NCBI GenBank assembly: GCA_035457905.1
Contig: DATIAT010000032.1
Span: 10,945-74,944, forward strand
Direction: 5' to 3'
Length of the DNA stretch: 64,000 nt
Source of the DNA: Nitrospiraceae bacterium
Lineage (GTDB): Bacteria > Nitrospirota > Nitrospiria > Nitrospirales > Nitrospiraceae
In this document: positions 62,620-64,000 of the stretch, piece by piece
Layout of the letters: each line of letters starts with the position of its first letter
Position numbering within the stretch: position 1 is the stretch's first letter
The notes under the pieces: model-generated
Databases searched by the model: none
The model's input: the letters and a program-made list of their open reading frames with translations, nothing else
What the model was told of the DNA's origin: nothing
Position numbers and translations under genes: made by a program

Positions 62620-63234
62620 ATGAACCACCGGATCTATTTTTGGAATCCCGACCTGGATGGGGAAGGAATGATCTCTGACATTTCAAAGGGTGGATGCCGG
62701 GTTTCCTGCGAGACGCCGGTGCGGACGGACATGTCGTTCGAGGCGTGGATTTACACGGATGGCTCGGATTGGCCGCTCAAGATCGAACGCGCGGTGGTGT
62801 GCTGGGTCCAAGGAAATGAATTCGGCCTTCACTTTATCAGCATCTGGTCGTCGCAGCGGGACAGGTTGCAAGCCTTACTGGAACATATCCGAGTCAGACA
62901 AGTCCCCACACGATTGCCCAACAACGCCGTCGTGGACATTTCTGGAAAGAACGCCGGCCAGACTATGCGCGGAATTCCCTTGATCAACCTCTCATCAAGC
63001 GGCTGTGCGCTTCATGCCACAAGCATGATGCTCTTCTCCGTGAATACCTCCGTCTCCGTACGAATCAACTGCCCCGATTTTCACCGGCCGCTGATGATCC
63101 AAGAAGCCGTTGTGCGCTGGATCGTACGAAAACGGTTCGGGCTGGAGTATATGAAGGTTGCTTATGAGGAACGCGATCGCCTGCTACGGCATATCCATGC
63201 ATTCAAGTGGGTCAATCTCCCGATAGAATGGTAA
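62620..63234 (+). CDS. Tandem PilZ-like domain protein with degenerate RxxxR motifs
   Basis: Two repeats, each with D/NxSxxG (DISKGGC and NLSSSGC) and the C-terminal V-W...G-F pattern. I found no RxxxR upstream of either. ATG at 62620 (track TTG at 62563). Confidence 0.6.
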   Translation: MNHRIYFWNPDLDGEGMISDISKGGCRVSCETPVRTDMSFEAWIYTDGSDWPLKIERAVVCWVQGNEFGLHFISIWSSQRDRLQALLEHIRVRQVPTRLPNNAVVDISGKNAGQTMRGIPLINLSSSGCALHATSMMLFSVNTSVSVRINCPDFHRPLMIQEAVVRWIVRKRFGLEYMKVAYEERDRLLRHIHAFKWVNLPIEW

Positions 63235-63455
63235 CAGCCAGCCTCCGAGACCGATCAGACCGCCGTCACAATTCTCGTCGCCATTCGTTATTCTGCTGCG
63301 ATAGGAATCGCTTGCTGGCAGACGGTCTGGTCCAAGAATTAGTCTAAGAATAGCGGAGCAGTTTCACTTTCAGATCATTATTGAGATGGTCGGTCCAGCT
63401 ATCGAACTCCTTGCACAACTGTTGAGTGGAGATCCACGGCGTCTGCATAGATAGT

Positions 63456-64000
63456 TCACGCGCCGTTCGAGTCTCGTTGCCACAAAAACTCCTGCTCACT
63501 CTGCTGCTTGGCCATCCAACGGGCCAGGACAAACAACGTGTCGCTGAGGCGATTCAGAAACTGAACGAGAGCCGAATCCAGAGGCTCTTCCCTCCCCAAC
63601 CGCACACAAACACGTTCCGCCCGTCGACAGATCGTTCTGGCCTGGTGTAACAAGCTGGAAATTTTCCCGCCTCCAGGGAGAATAAACTCTCTCAAAGGAG
63701 GCAAGTCTTTCTGACAACCATCCATGAGTGTCTCCAGCCTGGTCACGTCCCATGCCGTGACCTTCGGCATATTCTTGAATGTTTGTCCGGCCTCCGTGGC
63801 CAGCAGTCCGCCGACATCGAACAGTTTGTTTTGCATCCGTCGCAGTTCTTCTTCTAAACGACCGGCAGACGGATGAATCCCGACCGACTCCGCATTAAAC
63901 GCCCTAGCAACCCCTATCGCCGCATTCAGTTCATCCACAGCCCCATAGGCCTCCACCCGCAAATTATCCTTCCAGACCTGTTGTCCGCCAGCCAGCCGCG
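63456..64000 (-). CDS. PduO-type ATP:cob(I)alamin adenosyltransferase (5' end beyond the window)
   Basis: ...RVEAYGAVDELNAAIGVARA...ELRRMQNKLFDVGGLLA...FILPGG. The reading frame stays open upstream to position 64000 (LAGGQQVWKDNLRVEAYG). Confidence 0.85.
   Translation of the reverse strand, partial: RLAGGQQVWKDNLRVEAYGAVDELNAAIGVARAFNAESVGIHPSAGRLEEELRRMQNKLFDVGGLLATEAGQTFKNMPKVTAWDVTRLETLMDGCQKDLPPLREFILPGGGKISSLLHQARTICRRAERVCVRLGREEPLDSALVQFLNRLSDTLFVLARWMAKQQSEQEFLWQRDSNGA

Overview
This 64-kb window of a diderm (Gram-negative) bacterial chromosome is densely coding. Lpt and LpxD genes are present. I cannot assign taxonomy without a database search. The first ~38 kb is mostly housekeeping or ordinary accessory content: an OmpR-type two-component pair, a CPA1 antiporter, dnaE, accA, nhaA, prfC, a Cache-GAF-GGDEF cyclase, a DEAD-box helicase, hrpB, a fused GlcD/GlcF-like oxidoreductase with a 2-hydroxyacid reductase, a TPR protein, a cold-shock protein, and lptF-lptG followed by fabF, an unusual ACP and lpxD. 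The last ~25 kb (39.1-62.3 kb) is entirely minus-strand and holds two chemosensory gene clusters back to back. Cluster 2 (51.7-62.3 kb) is a complete Che set: STAS-CheY-CheA-CheW-MCP-short soluble MCP-like protein-CheR-CheD-CheB. Cluster 1 (39.2-50.8 kb) is the most interesting part. It runs REC-CheW-MCP-ChpA-like hybrid kinase (3 Hpt plus a C-terminal REC)-CheW-CheW. It then continues into a REC-coiled-coil protein, a 315-aa protein made of an Hpt-like helical module that lacks the phospho-His, and an HD-GYP protein that carries a paralogous copy of that module in place of a receiver domain. I read this as a candidate chemosensory-to-c-di-GMP-hydrolysis pathway with an undescribed docking or relay module; this is an inference. 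Two families of intergenic repeats are scattered through the window. The first is a hairpin element built from 9-nt periodic NAYYTGGTT units: 4 full copies, 2 half copies and 1 diverged array. The second is a ~209-bp imperfect-palindrome MITE-like element: 2 full copies plus 2 fragments. All protein family calls rest on motifs I recognised by eye in the supplied translations. No searches were run.
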